From: Octopus sinensis
Taxonomy: Eukaryota
DNA: 35,645 nucleotides
Reading direction: 5' to 3'
NCBI RefSeq assembly: GCF_006345805.1
Contig: NW_021828068.1
Location: 1-35,645, forward strand
Both the position numbers and the translations under genes were made by a program. Below are positions 1 to 9,370 of this stretch, piece by piece; positions within the stretch are counted from its first letter, which is position 1; the number at the start of each line of letters is the position of its first letter. The notes below the pieces were generated by a model. That model was not told where the DNA came from. It ran no database searches and saw only the letters and a program-made list of their open reading frames with translations.

Positions 1-15
1 GTAGTAGTAGTAGTA

Positions 16-50
<35 letters not shown>

Positions 51-267
51 ATTCTTTAAAATAAAATCATAAGCGCAAGGCGTACTGATTGCAAAAAGTG
101 AATAGTAAGAAAACTAGTAAGGTACTGCTGCTGATGATGATGATGATGATCATCATCATCATCATCATCATCATCATGGTGTTGATGATGTTGGGCTGGG
201 TAGGTGTGTTATTAACGATGATAACAACGGGGATTACAATCTACATCAACAACTTTTATTATAACAA

Positions 268-333
<66 letters not shown>

Positions 334-352
334 CATTATTATTATCATTATT
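1..352. repeat. Trinucleotide microsatellite cluster (GTA)n, (GAT/CAT)n, (ATT)n
   Basis: Direct reading: 1-51 GTA, ~131-177 GAT/CAT, ~269-352 ATT. Explains the poly-Ile/Met ORF 89..406. Confidence 0.95.
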
Positions 353-426
353 TTTATTAATGTAATAAAAAATAATAAATATATGTTAAGCACTTGGTTC
401 GTTTAGTATCCTGCTAAACAATGAAC

Positions 427-520
427 CCAGCAGGGTTTCACATTAAAAGCAATGGTGCCAGTCAACTGTATGACTCATCTATTTTTAATGGATGACTTGA
501 AGTTATATTGTGGACTCCAT
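427..520 (+). mobile_element. Short non-LTR reverse transcriptase remnant (catalytic box), R4/REL-clade-like
   Basis: 473-508 translates to THLFLMDDLKLY, resembling the HLxF/YMDDLKLY catalytic motif of R4/Dong-type RTs. Very short and frameshifted upstream. Confidence 0.35.
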
Positions 521-802
521 ATAAACTATTTCTAGAAAACCTCTTGGTAATCATTCGCTTCTGCTAGAAACAGCAGCCTTATTTCCTCCAATATCTCGTC
601 GCTCTACCGTTTCAAAAAGAGTGTACGAGTGAATACGTTTGGTAAATGTAAACCGAGATGCACATTGGCTGAAAATATACTAAAATATGCTGGTTAGTTG
701 ATGACAGTTGTTATTAAGTATGACTTTGCATTCTACGTTTGCTTATTCTGGGCCAACTTGTGGTTACACAAACAAGATAAGAACAACGAAAGGAACATCA
801 AC

Positions 803-1225
803 AGGCGCAGGAGTGGCTGTGTGGTAAGTAGCTTGCTTACCAACCACATGGTTCTGGGTTCAATCCCACTACGTGGCACTTTGGGCAAGTATCTTCTACT
901 ATAGCTTCGGGCCGACCAAAGCCTTGTCAGTGGATTTGGTAGACTGAAACTGAAAAAGACCCGTGTGTGTGTGTGTGTGTATGTGTGTGTATGTGTGTGT
1001 GTATCCTTGTGTCTGTGTTTGTACCCCACTAACACTTTACAACTAATGTTGGTTTCTTTACGTCCCCGTCATTTAGCGTTTCGGCAAAAAGTGACCAATG
1101 GAATAATTTACAAGGCTTCAAACAGAAAACAAGGACTTGGGTCGACTCGTTCGACTAAAATTATGCAAGGCGGTGCCCCAGCATGGTCGCAGTGTAATGA
1201 CTGAAACAAAATAAAATATAAAAGA
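803..1225 (+). mobile_element. tRNA-derived SINE, family A, full length
   Basis: A-box-like TGGCTGTGTGG (~814), B-box GGTTCAATCCC (857-867), internal (TG)n at ~962-1003, 3' tail ...atgactgaaacaaaataaaa. Homologous to the copies at 12410-12812 and 18092-18607. Confidence 0.85.
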
Positions 1226-1367
1226 TAAAAGATAAATAAATAAATAAATAAATAAATCAACAAATAAAAGAGATCGCTTTGGATAAATCATTCCTAGATT
1301 GGTGGTCTTTAACATATTTCAGAGCGTCATCCTCAACTTTCAAAGATTCTAAAAAATAAACGTATAA

Positions 1368-1545
1368 AATCTTTTACTTGTATCAGTCATTGGACGGCGT
1401 CCATACTGGTACGAATCGACTCCAATATATATTTCTCTAATTCTGTTGCTTATTCGAGCGTCTATTGTGGTGAGCCGCTATATTACAGGGACGGAAACGA
1501 ACCAACACTGGTCGTCAAGTGGTGTGAGAACAAATACAAAGACAC
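1368..1545 (-). mobile_element. SINE family A, diverged 3' half
   Basis: cttttacttgtatcagtcattggacggcgtccat matches the family A tail in reverse (cf. 12420-12465). Confidence 0.6.
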
Positions 1546-1574
1546 ATACACACATACATGTGTATATATACATT

Positions 1575-1593
1575 CATACATACACACACACAC

Positions 1594-1659
<66 letters not shown>

Positions 1660-1681
1660 CACAGAAAGAGAGTGGGAGATA

Positions 1682-1734
<53 letters not shown>
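1575..1734. repeat. Compound microsatellite (CA)n(TA)n...(GATA)n
   Basis: Direct reading. Confidence 0.95.
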
Positions 1735-1759
1735 ATGACATGGCGTCTTTCTTAAGTTT

Positions 1760-1992
1760 CCTATTTTTTTTTGCCCACAAGGGGCTAAACATAGAGGGGA
1801 CAAACAAGGACAGACAAGGGAATTAAGTCGATTACATCGACCCCAGTGCGTAACTGGTACTTAATTTATCGACCCCGAAAGGATGAAAGGCAAAGTCGAA
1901 CTCGGCGGAATTTGAACTCAGAACATAACGCCAGACGAAATACGGCTAGCATTTCGCCCGGCGTGCTAACGTTTCTGCCAGCTCGCTGCCAT
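1760..1992 (-). mobile_element. tRNA-derived SINE, family B monomer (X-type tail)
   Basis: Reverse complement gives head ggcagcgagctggcagaaacgttagc, B-box gagttcaaattcc, core gcctttcatcctttcggggtcgataaattaagtacc and the same tail as the internal units at 17290-17657. Confidence 0.85.
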
Positions 1993-2033
1993 GTCTTCCA
2001 GCTCGCCGCCATGTCTTCTAGTTCGCCGCCATG
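1978..2033. repeat. 20-bp tandem triplication overlapping the SINE B 5' end
   Basis: ccagctcgctgccatgtctt / ccagctcgccgccatgtctt / ctagttcgccgccatg at 1978, 1998 and 2018. Confidence 0.9.
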
Positions 2034-2059
2034 ACGAGTTTCTGCCCACCAAATTCTTT

Positions 2060-2178
2060 CTCCAGGCATTGGTCAACTCGGGGCTACAGTAGGAGGCATA
2101 TACCCAAAGTGCCATGCAGTACCCAGAATCACATATTTGCAAAGCAAGCCTCTCAACAACACAGCTATCCCTGTGCTT
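2060..2178 (-). mobile_element. SINE family A, diverged 5' head
   Basis: cccaaagtgccatgcagt...acaacacagctatccctgtgc resembles 12729-12810. Confidence 0.5.
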
Positions 2179-2196
2179 ATATAATATAGCTTTCAA

Positions 2197-2376
2197 ATTT
2201 TGACACAAGGCCAGCAATTTCCTGGGGAGGGGATTGTCAATTACATCGACACTTATTTTAATCGACCCGAAAGGATAAAAGACAAAGTCAACCTCGGTGA
2301 AATTTGAACTCTGACCAACGAAATATCGCTAAGCATTTTGGTGGGTGTGCTAACGATTCTGCCAGCTCGCTGCCTT
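2197..2376 (-). mobile_element. SINE family B monomer (Y-type tail)
   Basis: aaggccagcaattt...atcgacccgaaaggataaaagacaaagtcaacctcgg...tttgaactc...ctgccagctcgctgcc. Confidence 0.75.
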
Positions 2377-2399
2377 GTGCTTATTAATATTGATTTAAA

Positions 2400-2568
2400 A
2401 TTTTGGCTCAAGGCCAGTAGTACTCAACTGGTATTTATTTTTACCGACACCGAAAGGATGAAAGGCAACATCGACCCCGACGGGATTTGAACACACAATG
2501 TAAAGACGAGAGAAACGCCGCTAACCATTTTGCCTGGCGTGCTAACAATTCTGCCATCTCACTGCCTT
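2400..2568 (-). mobile_element. SINE family B monomer, diverged
   Basis: ggtatttatttttaccgacaccgaaaggatgaaaggcaacatcgacc...gctaacaattctgccatctcactgcc. Confidence 0.7.
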
Positions 2569-2574
2569 GAATAT

Positions 2575-2633
2575 CATTTTTTTCTCATATTAATTTATAA
2601 ACATTTTTTTCTCATATTAATTTATAAACATTT
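2575..2633. repeat. 27-bp tandem duplication
   Basis: catttttttctcatattaatttataaa at 2575-2601 and 2602-2628. Confidence 0.9.
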
Positions 2634-2634
2634 C

Positions 2635-2918
2635 ACGTGATCACATGAAAACGCGTGAAATATTCACGTGACCAACCAGACTATCAAACGCTGTTACACA
2701 TCGCTGGTCACAATTGTTTTAGCCTTCAAATGACGCCACCCCACTGGCTAGGTGAGCCGGCCAATATCCTCCCACCGTTGCCTGATCAAAAGCGGGTGAC
2801 TGGAGCAAGGTGAAATGAAGTGCTTTCCTCAAGAGGACAATACACCACCTGGTCTGGGAATCGAACCCACGATCTAACGATCGTGAGCGCGACACCGTAA
2901 CCACTAAGCGACGCGCTT
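2635..2918 (-). mobile_element. tRNA-derived SINE, family C-related
   Basis: 2790-2918 reversed gives A-box-like cttagtggttac, B-box ggttcgattccc and ttgtcctcttgaggaaagcacttcatttcaccttgctccag, matching 10449-10567. The 3' portion differs. Confidence 0.65.
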
Positions 2919-3229
2919 TCAGTTACAAACATTTACCTGGATTATTTTTATAATATATCTCTGTTGGTCCAGACTGACCATATATCTGCATATATATATA
3001 TATATATATATATAGGCTGGGTAAAATTCTTGCGCTAGACTGGTTGTTGCCCATCAAAGTGACCCTTTCTACACACATTCGATGTCTTTTATCCAAGAGA
3101 AAGTTTGCCCGCATGGGCCGAACCAGCTTACCATCGTGCCGTCTCAAGCCTTTCTTTCAGGAAGCAAAATAACAGGTTACATACAGAGAGGACCCTCGTT
3201 CGATCTTCTGGTCGTTTCATAAAACCACC

Positions 3230-3375
3230 GGCTGGATTGGTACATTCTTTTATCGATTCCAAAAGGACGATAGTTAAAGTTGACCTCGGATTTGAACTCG
3301 AATCGTAGAGATTCTGAATAAACACCACCACGGTTTCTATCCAACGCTCTAACGACTCTAATATCTCACCGCCTT
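3230..3375 (-). mobile_element. SINE family B, strongly diverged
   Basis: ttttatcgattccaaaaggacgatagttaaagttgacctcggatttgaactc. Confidence 0.5.
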
Positions 3376-3719
3376 CAATATTTTTACAATAAAATTTTAC
3401 ATATTTAATAGCCATAGAAAATGTTGATGAATGTTAGCGTTTGAATAAAAGTAGTTTTATTTATTCATAACTAATGACTTTAACAGACTAAACTTAGTGA
3501 AGCATACTTCAGTGAACATAAAAAAAGTCCAGTGGAGAATACTAAGATATTTTAATTCATTCCATTCTGATAATGATTGTAGTCAATGAAAAACCTGTAT
3601 ATTTTTTTCTCGAATTCTTGGCTACATGGGAAAATGTTTCAAAATGCGAAACAGGTAATTTTCAGTTTCTAATCTACTTCGTTGTTTTGTTTTCATTTGT
3701 TTTCAAGCTGACACTGAAT

Positions 3720-4130
3720 TAGCCTCGCTGATTGACAGGCGACGGTCTCGTTTAGAGAATGCGTGGGCTAAGACTTCGCGCCTTCATTGGTCAGTTAAAG
3801 TTGAGACAGTGTCACGTGACAACTTGCTGGGCCTGCCTGCTGGAGCCTAGCAGCAGATATTTTAAAGGGAAATTTAACAAGACAGTCAGTCGCCCGCTGA
3901 TACTCGTTGACGCTACATCGAAGAGTCCAGGAAACAGAAGAAAGAAGAAGAAAGAAGACACGCACCCAACACCAGAGCTGAAGACACCGCCGAAAGGGAA
4001 GCCCCGCCACGTCAAAACGGTAGAGGGGTAGGGGCCGAAACCGGTCGTGGTTCCTCTTGATGATGTCTTGAGCTAACTGGATCCTATAAAGGAGCTGTTG
4101 TAGTAGCAGACCACGAAACACGGTTGAAAA
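3720..4130. other. CpG-rich islet of uncertain nature (promoter-like, or terminal repeat of a Penelope-like element)
   Basis: Locally high CpG; palindrome tgtcacgtgaca (3810-3821), reverse CCAAT (3786-3790), gccccgcc (4001), cctataaa (~4083), hammerhead-like gaaaccggtc (4037-4046). Confidence 0.3.
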
Positions 4131-4174
4131 TTCTTCTAGAGTCTGACTTCTAGAGTCTGACTCGGAAAGTTATG

Positions 4175-6040
4175 ACAAAATGAAAGCAACGCATGCTTAG
4201 CTCTTTTAGTTAGTTTGAGACAGGAAAAATATATTAAAAGGCAAATATTCTGTGACTGATTTCTCATCGAACATACTTCTTGTCCCTGGAAGATTTTTCA
4301 GTTCCTGAAATACAATTTTAACAATAATCAGGGACTTTTCCAACATAATTTAAACGGGGTTCGAACAAAACCCTGCTTTTCCTTACTCACATCAGGAAAA
4401 TATCAACTATACACATTTTTAATACTGCAATATAGCGCAAAAGTTGATATTTTTGAAACTTCTTGAAGCATTTGATATTCATTACCAACAAGAGATGCCG
4501 GAGTCTCAAACCTTTTTATGCTAACTTTTCTGTTCTAATTTTCTACTGGGTTGTCTGGAAAGTTCATGCCGATGTATAGTAGCTTACATTTCGACATATT
4601 TTAGAACATGGTTGAGTCTATAAAATAGGATTTGACTACACCTCCATTTAGAGTACAGTTTAAGCTATGTTTTCGTGGAAGAAGCTTTATGTTCCTATAA
4701 CCTGTATTAATTCTGTAGCCCTTTAAAATGGAAGATAAGAAAGTTCATTTTCGGCACTTGATGCTTTGGGAACCAGACAAAAATTGCTGCAGCTCGGCTG
4801 GGATGTGTTACCTCACCCTCCATATTCACCAGATATTGCTTCTTCGGATTTCCACTTATTCAGGTCTCTGTAGAATAGTCTTAATGGTAAAATTTCAATT
4901 CCTTGGATGACGTAAAAAGATACCTTGATGAATCCTTTGCCATGAAACCACCTCAATTCTGGGAAGAGGGTATTTTCAAGTTAAATGTAAGATGGAGACG
5001 CATTGTGCAACAAAATGGTTCATATTTGGTTGATTAAAAATGTAATGGCAAGTATTTATTGACTGTTTTCTTTCCTTTAAAAATCGGGACGAACTTTCCG
5101 GACATCCCAATAGATTGTCATGAAAGCTTTCAGAAAATCGATGAACGTTATTGTGTTTGTGATACTTACTTGCATCAGTTTATTCAGCTACTCAAAAATA
5201 TCAACCAAATAGGCATGGTACGCGATTTCTTTCTCGTCCTTTTTCCAGGTATAAAACTCCATCTTAACTTAGACTTTAAAAAAAAGAATATTGGCCTCAA
5301 ATATTCATTTCTGATATTACGTATGCATTTCTAAGCTGAATTACATTTCTTCTCGAAAGCCATAGAAAAGAAAGAAATTTTTTACGTAGTTCAATGAAAA
5401 TAGTTGTTTAAAGAACATACTAGAAATTGCGCTTTAAATAAATCTGCGCGTGCATATCTCTCAAAAACCTAGGATCACGATGCCATATCACAACTGTCGA
5501 TTCATCAAGTTGATTTGAAAATAAGCCAAATGCTGCTGACTGATTTTCGTGAACAACTTGATCCTTGATGTCAGCTGTCATGTCACAGATCCTACTTTGA
5601 ACTTTACTGTTTGACAGTGAAACCATTGCAAGTTATTTCTGTCCCCCAATCCATTCCCCAATACAATTTCCGCCATTTTCAAAACATAAACTTTGATCAA
5701 AACTTCCCCACTTCTATGGCCCTTTTTATGCTTTGCTATCTATAACATAATAAGCTCCAATAAATAATCCTTGGCTTATTTATATATGTATTTGCTTGGC
5801 ATGTCCCTATTGAATTCAGCTTCATCTTTTTGAGAGCGTTCCCTTGAGGTTCAAAAAAAGTGTACGTCCTTGACATTGTGCTAGGGATGAACGCTGTACA
5901 AACGTTGTTTTGTCACTGCTGGCTTCATTGAAACATTTAGAGTTTTACTAAAAAAAATAGCACATCGAGGCCTTTCTTCTCCTTTGATGATGACAGATAT
6001 AAATCCATATTGAATATATGAATCATTGCACCCTCTTCTT
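4175..6040 (-). mobile_element. Decayed hAT transposase, Buster/Charlie (ZBED5/8-like) type, interrupted by a mariner
   Basis: Collinear frameshifted blocks on the minus strand: DSYIQYGF..GEERPRCAI..SMKPA (BED finger), ALKKMKLNS, LIKVYVLKMAEIVLG, VSLSNSKVQSRICDMTADIKDQVV..FGLFSNQLDEST (first catalytic D), AYLVDIFE*LNKL..KAF, and beyond the mariner LEN*NRKV, YFPD, VRTPF, MFDEKSVTEY. Confidence 0.8.
4546..5110 (+). mobile_element. Internally deleted mariner (DD34D) non-autonomous element, 565 bp
   Basis: 28-bp imperfect TIRs at 4546-4573 and 5083-5110, flanked by TA at 4544-4545 and 5111-5112. MEDKKVHFRHLMLWE (4728) is fused at ~4771 to TRQKLLQLGWDVLPHPPYSPDIASSDFHLFRSL*...WEEGIFKL..RWRRIVQQNGSY. 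Confidence 0.95.
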
Positions 6041-6589
6041 TTTTTATCCTTTTTTTTTTCTTTTGTTTTGTTTTTGACATTCATGAAAATTCATCTTGAC
6101 AATAATTTTCAGGAAGTTTTCTGTGAATAAATATATGAATAAAAATTCTTAAACAAAAAAAAAAGCAAAAGAAAACAAACAAAAGAAGACAATGATTTTC
6201 ACAGATCAAAAAATGTGAAATATTTATCTTCATTTTTGTATTTAACCCCTTCCTTGTCGTGTGTACATGTGATACACAAGACATATTTCCCTGGCGTGCA
6301 TGCATCATATATGATAAACATTCCCACCTTTTTTTTTCAACGACCAGAGTAACGTGGGACATATGAATGGAAATGCTTTATATTACGAAGAACACATCAA
6401 AGAAGGGTTAACTAAAAGTCTGAAAACAACCATGGACTTTTAGAACAAACATATGAAAATGCTTTGGACAAGCAAAAGGTTAATCTGTAACATGTAATAA
6501 ACGATACTGGATATCACAGAAGCTGTAGATAATCTAGAGGACATAGAAATTTATTGAATCTTCATGTCCCATCCCTGCTCCTGAAATAC

Positions 6590-6690
6590 TAAAATATCCT
6601 CCAGGGGAAAACTACCACTGTTTCCTAAATACACAACCCCTGCATAAAATATATGAGATAGTCACGGCTGGAACACTTTCAATAACATGT
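6590..6690 (+). repeat. Unclassified interspersed repeat (family E), diverged
   Basis: gagatagtcacggctggaac matches the reverse of gttccagctgtgaccat (~21071) and gttccaaccgtggccatcc (~27676). Confidence 0.4.
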
Positions 6691-7064
6691 CAAACCAATC
6701 ACTTCAGAGCCGCCAACAGGAACGGCAACAAGAATAAAAATTACTACTTGGAGGTTTTCACCTGAATGTGCTCATTTCGTCGATACACTTTACCATATTA
6801 ATATTGGCAAAATGACTCTGGAATCGCTCCAAGACCACCACTGTACAAATAATTTCAGGTAAAACACACGTCGTCTCCAGAAATCTCCACGTTCCCGCAT
6901 TTCTATTATGTGCATGTCGTTATTATCGATCTAGAAAATAAATAAAACACCATACAGTGTAGCTGTGTCAGACATGTTTTACACATGACATCCAGAACCA
7001 ATAATACGCTTACGTTTAGCGATTTTATCTTCATTGCTTTTTTTACACCCTGCCAGACACTCTC

Positions 7065-7478
7065 TAAATCTCTCTCTCTCACACACACTCTCTCTCTCTC
7101 TCTCTCTCTCTCTGTTTCTTTCTCTCTCTTTCTCTCAATATGTAAATATGTACGTGTGTATGCCTGAGACTATATACCTATTTATATATCGCACATCTCT
7201 TTTCATAATAAACATATATATCTATCTTTATTGATACACACGCGAGCGCGTACACACGCAAACACACACACATACACATATGTATGTATATATATACATA
7301 TATGTATATAAATACATACATACATACATATTACATACATATATACATTATATATATATATATATTCAAGATTAATCAGCCGAAATTACTACGATGATCG
7401 GTTCTTGATATATTTAATGTCTATATATGTTATATGTATCGTATTCTATTTACGTATATCCATGTATATATTTCTACA

Positions 7479-7520
<42 letters not shown>
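7065..7520. repeat. (CT)n, (CA)n, (TA)n microsatellite block
   Basis: Direct reading. The unique piece ~7370-7420 resembles 14722-14765. Confidence 0.85.
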
Positions 7521-7523
<3 letters not shown>

Positions 7524-7902
7524 CACCATATAGGCGCATATGTGTGGTAAGAAGCTTAGTTCTCAACACATGGTTCCGGTTCAGTCCTACTGCGTGGCAC
7601 TTTGAGCAAGTGTTCTCCTGCTATAGCCTCAGGCTGACAGAGCTTACTGAGTGGATTTAGTAAACAGAAACTGAAAGAAGCCCGCCGTATATATATATAT
7701 TATATATATATATATTATAAATAATAATACATACATACCATAGGGGCATATGTGTGGTAAGAAGCTTAGTTCTCAACCACATGGTTCCGGTTCAGTCCTA
7801 CTGCGTGGCACTTTGAGCAAGTGTCTCCTGCTATAGCCTCCGGCTGACCAGAGATTACTGAGTGGATTTAGTAACAGAGAAACTGAAAGAAGCCCGCCGT
7901 AT

Positions 7903-7947
<45 letters not shown>

Positions 7948-8065
7948 GTAACCGACAGAATAATTACTAGCTTACAAAGAATAAGTCCTGGAGTCGATTT
8001 GTTCGACTAAAAGCGGGTGCTCTAGCGTGGCCACAGTTAAATGCCTGAAAAAAGTAAAAAGAGTG
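7520..8065 (+). mobile_element. SINE family A with tandemly duplicated 5' half
   Basis: Head copies at ~7520-7687 and ~7735-7899, each followed by (TA)n. A single tail cttacaaagaataagtcctgg...aaagtaaaaagag at ~7970-8063. Confidence 0.85.
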
Positions 8066-8077
8066 TAGTAAAAGAAT

Positions 8078-8124
<47 letters not shown>

Positions 8125-8179
8125 CATATATAGATATATACAGAGAGAGAGACAGAGGGAGAGAGAGGGAGAGAGAAAG

Positions 8180-8271
<92 letters not shown>

Positions 8272-8272
8272 T
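8078..8272. repeat. Compound microsatellite (CA)(TA)(GA)(GATA)
   Basis: Direct reading. Confidence 0.95.
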
Positions 8273-8449
8273 CATTGATTAAGTGATAGAGAGCTAGATA
8301 TTTCTTGTCTTACACGTGATCCTTAAGCCATTATTGGACAGTATACGCAAGAAGAGATCAGATATTTTCCGACAGGGTAATATTTAACAAAAGTAACAAT
8401 CAACAGCAGCCATATCATTGAGTAGTGTCTTCATTGAAAATTTGAAGTT

Positions 8450-9370
8450 TATTGATGATCACATAGAAAAGGCGATTCACCTAAGAACAAAAGACAATCA
8501 TATGCTATACTAACCCGTATATTATCGCTGTAGACTTATTTATATCTAGAAAGTTTCTATCTCTAATAACTAAAGATTTTCTGACCACACACAAGAACCA
8601 AGCAATTTTCAACTAAAAGACATTTGAGCATTAGTTTACACTGTCGAGATAACTTGGAGTATCTATTCTCTCACCAGAAGTAATGGTTTAAATCAATAAC
8701 TACCTTGAGTCATCTCAGTTTATCTTCTGAATGCTATCAATCTTCCAACCTAATGTAAACTCCTTCTCGAAGGCCTTCGTGTATAAACTTCACAGAAGCA
8801 AGCTTGCTGAGGTTGAAAATCCGCGACATAAGTCATTAACGTTCTTTCAGTTCTGGTGGCAGAATTAATTCAATACTCCTCCATCCAACTTCATGTAAAT
8901 TTCGATAAGTTGAACAGGCCACATTTTCGAAAAGAAGCAACCTGTCATTACTTGTGTGCATGGTAACGTTTTGTTGGGTCTAAGTTGACACATTGTAAAT
9001 GGCTTTCAAGTTTTTCATTAGATACTTTTAAAGTGCCCGACATGTTTCAGTCACGCAAGATTCATTAAAAATCAAAAGCCCTGCAATTACAAGATTCTTG
9101 AAATGTTTGTTGTCTCTCCCTTTTCTTGGAGCATTCTTTGCTCTTCATATATAGTGTATCTTTCGGCATTATGTTATTTTTTAAAGACTGTTTCTCCAAT
9201 AATTGGCATTTCTTCACCTGGTAACAGTTTGTCTGTTTCATTTTTGAATTTCTCAACCTCTTAAATTCCAAAGAAATATATTTCATGCAAAACGCTAAAA
9301 CTGATGTTTCTGCACTTCGAAGAAAGGCCTTACACAAAATAGTAAGAAGAGGTCCCCAAAGACAATCCAT
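8450..9370 (-). mobile_element. Highly decayed non-LTR retrotransposon ORF remnant, possibly HERO/NeSL-like
   Basis: 8975-9043 gives MSGTLKVSNEKLESHLQCVNLDP, recalling the pre-RT segment SGxLKVxKxELExHL..YSDP of HERO-type elements. Weaker similarity downstream (RNFLDINKST). Many stops. Confidence 0.35.

Noticed and set aside
89-406. 105-aa ORF, and the many similar YI/CV/LS/poly-I ORFs (e.g. 11499..11894, 15615..16169, 22718..23119, 25529..25870)
   Set aside because: These are translations of stop-free microsatellites, with no protein-like complexity.
2634-2670. Cluster of CACGTG E-boxes
   Set aside because: It appears to lie in the 3' part of a SINE C-related repeat, so there is no locus-specific regulatory evidence.
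3583-3655. Possible small exon (tgtAG ... cag|GTAATT); similar candidates near 6750-6858 and 15394
   Set aside because: Splice-like dinucleotides with short open frames are expected by chance, and no recognisable peptide results.
3978-3997. CTGAAGA...ccGAAAgg as a hammerhead core
   Set aside because: No P2 closure, no UH site and no P1 pairing in this register.
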